A stretch of 64,000 nucleotides of DNA from a virus (Duplodnaviria; Caudoviricetes), in IMG/VR virus record IMGVR_UViG_3300019378_000951, positions 32,001 to 96,000 of that record; one strand, written 5' to 3'. The notes under the pieces are model-generated. The model did not search any database, was not told where the DNA came from, and saw nothing but the letters and a program-made list of their open reading frames with translations. Below are positions 61,301 to 64,000 of the stretch, piece after piece. Positions within the stretch are counted from its first letter, which is position 1; every line of letters starts with the position of its first letter. A program made the position numbers and the translations under genes.

Positions 61301-62910
61301 ATCTCGTCCATTATTTGGATCAGGGGCTGAAAAAACTTTACCGTACCTACTATCAGATGACTTCGTAGATAAAGCAGAAAAAGCAGGAGTTGTAGAAAGA
61401 ATAGATAAGAAAATTAACTTAGCTGTTCTTAAATATGATGATGGTACTAGAGGAGTAATAGATCTAGCACCAGTAATGTCTAAAAACTCAAACGGTGGGT
61501 TAAAGAAATAGCTCACATTAAACGCTTTTAATTGCTGGGATATCCTATATGGACAATCAGCAGCCAAGCTCGAAAGAGAAGGTTCAACGACTATCGAAAC
61601 CGTTAATAAGGAAGTAGAGTAAATTTCACTTTGTTATGATATTTTTGAAAAGGAGCGCATCAGAGATGATGAAGATATAGTCTGATCTATACAGCAATGT
61701 ATAGTTAACACAAATGTTTTCTTAAAAAATGAAAAGAGATTTATGCTTAATGAAGGAGATAAATTTAAGCAAGGACAAATTATAGCTAAGAATGATCAAT
61801 ATTTCTTAGGAGATAATGCTGATAATGTAACTTATTCTACAGGGCGTATGACTAAAGTTGCCGTTACAAGTGCAGATTATACCTTAATATAGGGCTTTAT
61901 ATTAGAAATAATATATCGAAATACTTTTAATTGCTGGGAAATCCTACATGGACAATCAGCAGCGAAGATATAATATCTTTAACATGTATAATTTAATAAA
62001 CAAAAAGAAAATGATATTATATAACGTTCAACGACTATCCCGATAGGGAGTAGAACCAAGCGGTTCGAAATGGAGTACATCATATATGATGTTGATATAG
62101 TCTGGTCTATATAGAAATATATAGAAGGTATGATGTAGCGAATCATATCGCAACATAAACGATGAAGATAGTTCTATGGTTACTGATGCATTAGCTGAAG
62201 ACCTTACTTCTAAAATAACTATGAAGAAAACTATCAATCTAGGAGTAAATGCAAATATAGAACAGATGGTTAAAGTTGGAGATAAGATTAAAACAGGACA
62301 ATCTTTAATGATATTCGAAGAATCATTTGAAGATGAAAGTATAAATGCATTACTTGCTACTTTAGGTGATGAGTTTAATGAGCATGTAAGAGAAAACTCT
62401 AAAAATAAACTTAAATCTAAGTATACAGGAGAAATAGTTGATATAGTTATTTATTATAATAGAGATATAAGCGAATATCAACCTTCAGTACAAAAAATAT
62501 TAAAAGATTATATTAAAGCTGAAAAACTTAAAAAGCAATTTGTTAAAACTGCAACTGGGTCTAACGATGTTAGTTCTATACGTATGAAACCAATTAACAA
62601 ACAAAAACCTGGTAAAATAAAAGGTGAAGACGTTGATGGTTTATTAATAGAAATCTATATAGAATATATGGATAAAGCTGGTGTCGGAGACAAAATTACT
62701 TTCTACACAGCATTAAAGACTATCATATCAGATGTTATACCTAAAGGACAAGAACCATATAGTGAGTATAGACCTAATGAAGACATAGATGCAGTATTTT
62801 CTCCACTATCTATAAACTCGCGTATGACTACAGATGTTTTCAATGCGATGTTTTTAGGTAAGGCACTTATAGAATTAAAAAGACAAATAAAAGATATATA
62901 TGAAAAATAA
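55318..62910 (+). CDS. RNA polymerase beta N-terminal subunit (virion-RNAP/phiKZ gp178-like), 9 exons: 55318-58038, 58247-58327, 58556-58575, 59484-59604, 60823-60848, 61054-61069, 61269-61500, 61717-61884, 62162-62910; 1377 aa
   Basis: Spliced frame is open (4134 nt). It restores the beta motifs KGLSG|IN, IRSYD..STP|DSDKVG, NPFT|NQHADPPRIGMQTT|QQKH, DYTYEDSS, GDK...K, SPLSINSRM. Confidence 0.92.
58039..58246 (+). mobile_element. Group I intron 1 (208 nt, ORF-less)
   Basis: P1 GUGGU/GCCAC; full P/Q/R/S core; terminal G. Confidence 0.93.
58328..58555 (+). mobile_element. Group I intron 2 (228 nt, ORF-less)
   Basis: P1 ACUCCU/GGGAGU; P10 CACUAUU/GAUAGUG. Confidence 0.93.
58576..59483 (+). mobile_element. 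Group I intron 3 (908 nt) with HNH-AP2 ORF
   Basis: P1 GUUGGGGU/GCUCCAAC; P10 UCUAAUG/CGUUAGA. Confidence 0.93.
58718..59359 (+). CDS. Intron-encoded HNH-AP2 homing endonuclease
   Basis: MHRYIM...IDHIDRDPLNN..NLR (HNH); NTSGIKGI...WSAEI (AP2). Confidence 0.9.
   Translation: MNLKLELNGSTYNINTESYPEGYGLKLYEQAQKFGYMCYNYYECIDDNTSYLLMFSKAYGIIKAKVDNEDIPKLSKCTWRPNYSKRSQKYYVENTDKGKMHRYIMGFNKKEDVDIKIDHIDRDPLNNCKTNLRKVTQAENCKNSSLRSDNTSGIKGIRYEKSRNRWSAEIHVDGKKYTKCFAVSKYGYQEALNLAIEFRRKIAEENGFINPFN
59605..60822 (+). mobile_element. Group I intron 4 (1218 nt) with Zn-finger/Vsr-like ORF
   Basis: P1 AUUCACU/GGUGAAU; conserved core; terminal G. Confidence 0.92.
59746..60735 (+). CDS. Intron-encoded homing endonuclease (Zn fingers plus Vsr/EDxHD-like), paralog of 114-1139
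   Basis: HKC/HKPC/HKEC...CxxC repeats; SKGE, LRFDF, IEFDGIQHF, HD motifs. Confidence 0.86.
   Translation: MPKKLTEQEVRDNISKIDNGEYELIGHYINSKTPIKIKHKCGRIMEIQYGKFTGKRAQRCRCLFEHHNKMSLDEFKKRLFEKHGNNYEIVNENEYVDYNTPIYFIHKPCGNKYKRKPDNVIRCNTCVECSYTQKLRASNNTTKTLSQIKNEIDKITEGSCKLAYDINYINNKQELPILHKECGKISMISFNDISVKNTRCRYCSGSKGELIIQDYLDTNNIKYEREKIFDNLIDEKHLRFDFYIENYNHNLLIEFDGIQHFEPTFGKDDVEKQNRFELTQKHDNMKNEYSRIHDINLLRIRYDEIDKINKILDDYFYKVQRLSKPLIRE
60849..61053 (+). mobile_element. Group I intron 5 (205 nt, ORF-less)
   Basis: P1 CGAGAAU/GUUCUCG; conserved core. Confidence 0.9.
61070..61268 (+). mobile_element. Group I intron 6 (199 nt, ORF-less)
   Basis: P1 AGACAACU/GGUUGUCU; P10 UUGUUG/CAACAA. Confidence 0.93.
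61501..61716 (+). mobile_element. Group I intron 7 (216 nt, ORF-less)
   Basis: P1 GUGGGU/GCUCAC; conserved core. Confidence 0.92.
61885..62161 (+). mobile_element. Group I intron 8 (277 nt, ORF-less, AT-rich P6 remnant)
   Basis: Short P1 CCU/GGG; conserved core; splicing gives T|YEDSS. Confidence 0.85.
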
Positions 62911-62941
62911 AGATATAACCCTTTTATAAGGGTTATATCTT
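62910..62941. terminator. Hairpin terminator after the RNAP gene
   Basis: AAGATATAACCCTT-TTAT-AAGGGTTATATCTT. Confidence 0.7.
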
Positions 62942-62959
62942 AAAAAATATTTTAAATAC

Positions 62960-62973
62960 ATATTATTATTATG
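62960..62973 (+). promoter_or_regulatory. Putative early promoter with 5' hairpin
   Basis: ATATTAT-TATTAT-G, then GATAGAAA...TTTTTATC. Confidence 0.55.
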
Positions 62974-63046
62974 ATAGAAATATAATTTTTATCATTTAAG
63001 TTAAAAAAATGTGAAAAAAATTAAATTAAAATGGAGGTAATTTAAT

Positions 63047-63223
63047 ATGATGGAAACTAAATATGCTATGGAGATAACTAAAGAAAATGAAACTATGTTA
63101 AGAATTGAATCTCATGATAGAGATTCGTTATTACAAAGAGCTAGATTATATCATAAAAAACATCCAGATGCCATAGTAATGGTATATGAAGTTTCATGTA
63201 TATTTGCAAGAGAAACAATATAA
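63047..63223 (+). CDS. Small hypothetical early protein (58 aa, not in ORF track)
   Basis: GGAGG RBS after the AAATTAAATT leader. Confidence 0.5.
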   Translation: MMETKYAMEITKENETMLRIESHDRDSLLQRARLYHKKHPDAIVMVYEVSCIFARETI

Positions 63224-63304
63224 ATTAATAATTAGTAAACGATGATATATTAAAAAACTTTTCCGGTAACTTATTTTTATAATTAACTTAAGGGGTGTGT
63301 TCAA

Positions 63305-63937
63305 ATGGACTTAAAGAAAAATGTAACTATAATAGCAACTACAATGATAGGTACTGCTGTGGGAACAACTTTATTAATTAATGGTGTTAAAACAAAAGCA
63401 CCTGAATTAAACAATGAAATTAATGAAAACCCAGTAATATTAAAGTCTGAACGCAAAGAAACACAATCATCATATAATAAAGTAAAAGAGATAAATGAAG
63501 ATAATATTAAACTTTTAGTGTATGAATCTTCAGAAGCTAAGTATGAAAGAACTTTAAGAACAAACGACTGGATAAATGTGACTAGTAAATTATCTACTAC
63601 TTACTCATATAATGCAACTATTGATTTAAGTAAAGCTGCTAAAGTTTGTGAAGTACGTGGAATAACATTTGTAGATATTGACACAAGTAAAATTAAATTA
63701 AATTGTATCAATATAGCAGAACCAATTGTTAAGACAGATGTTAACTTCTTTAACCAATTCAAAGGCAGATCTATAGAGGAAAACATGAATCAACTAGTTA
63801 TATTAACATATGAAGACATTGAAGAGATAGTCAACAAACAATTTGACGAAAATCATGATAAAATGGTTAAAAATGTTAAAGAAAAAGTACGTAGTCTATA
63901 TGATGGATTAGACAACGTAAAAGTTAGATTTAATTAA
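63305..63937 (+). CDS. Membrane-anchored DUF4230-like protein
   Basis: N-terminal TM segment; YSYNATIDLSK motif. Confidence 0.5.
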   Translation: MDLKKNVTIIATTMIGTAVGTTLLINGVKTKAPELNNEINENPVILKSERKETQSSYNKVKEINEDNIKLLVYESSEAKYERTLRTNDWINVTSKLSTTYSYNATIDLSKAAKVCEVRGITFVDIDTSKIKLNCINIAEPIVKTDVNFFNQFKGRSIEENMNQLVILTYEDIEEIVNKQFDENHDKMVKNVKEKVRSLYDGLDNVKVRFN

Positions 63938-64000
63938 TTTTATATAATAACCATAAAAAAGTTGAATAACTAAAGTTAAATATTATAAGACGCAATTCAA

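Noticed and set aside
58039-61716. CRISPR-like repeat/spacer array
   Set aside because: The repeats are ~200-nt group I cores, and the unique segments are in-frame RNAP exons.
58069-62175. Pseudogenised or fragmented RNAP, with ORFs 61266 and 62176 as separate genes
   Set aside because: Splicing yields one uninterrupted frame. The ATG at 61266 ends on the intron-terminal G.
1-64000. Alternative genetic code (stop-codon reassignment)
   Set aside because: Long genes are intact under code 11, and the interruptions are explained by introns, except the single primase frameshift.
1-64000. tRNA/rRNA genes, inteins, phage nucleus shell or tubulin genes
   Set aside because: No cloverleaf, intein splice motifs or recognisable chimallin/PhuZ motifs were seen by eye in this window.

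Overview
Very AT-rich (roughly 25% GC by eye) 64-kb segment of a jumbo myophage of the phiKZ/PBS1-AR9 type, which encodes its own multisubunit RNA polymerases. The host is probably a spore-forming Firmicute (Clostridia-like), judging from GGAGG RBSs, ATA/AGA codon bias and a YyaC spore protease. The window carries two pieces of a split RNAP beta subunit, GyrA, a GroEL chaperonin, a probable sigma-like nvRNAP subunit, a T4-type primase (frame-broken), RNase HI, guanylate kinase, peptidase E, a MoxR AAA+/VWA pair, and baseplate and head genes. The main finding is 10 group I introns. Eight of them split one ~1377-aa RNAP beta-N gene (55318-62910) into 9 exons, including 16-, 20- and 26-nt micro-exons. 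Most are near-clonal ~200-nt ribozymes with different guide sequences, and four carry homing endonucleases. Other findings: an AR9-like late promoter (AACA-N6-TA); an early promoter (ATATTAT-N6-G) that often starts on a 5' hairpin; RBS-occluding hairpins on intron endonuclease genes; an acid/basic repeat head polyprotein; and a shared C-terminal octapeptide on seven small and large uncharacterised proteins. All functional calls rest on motif recognition by eye; no database searches were run.
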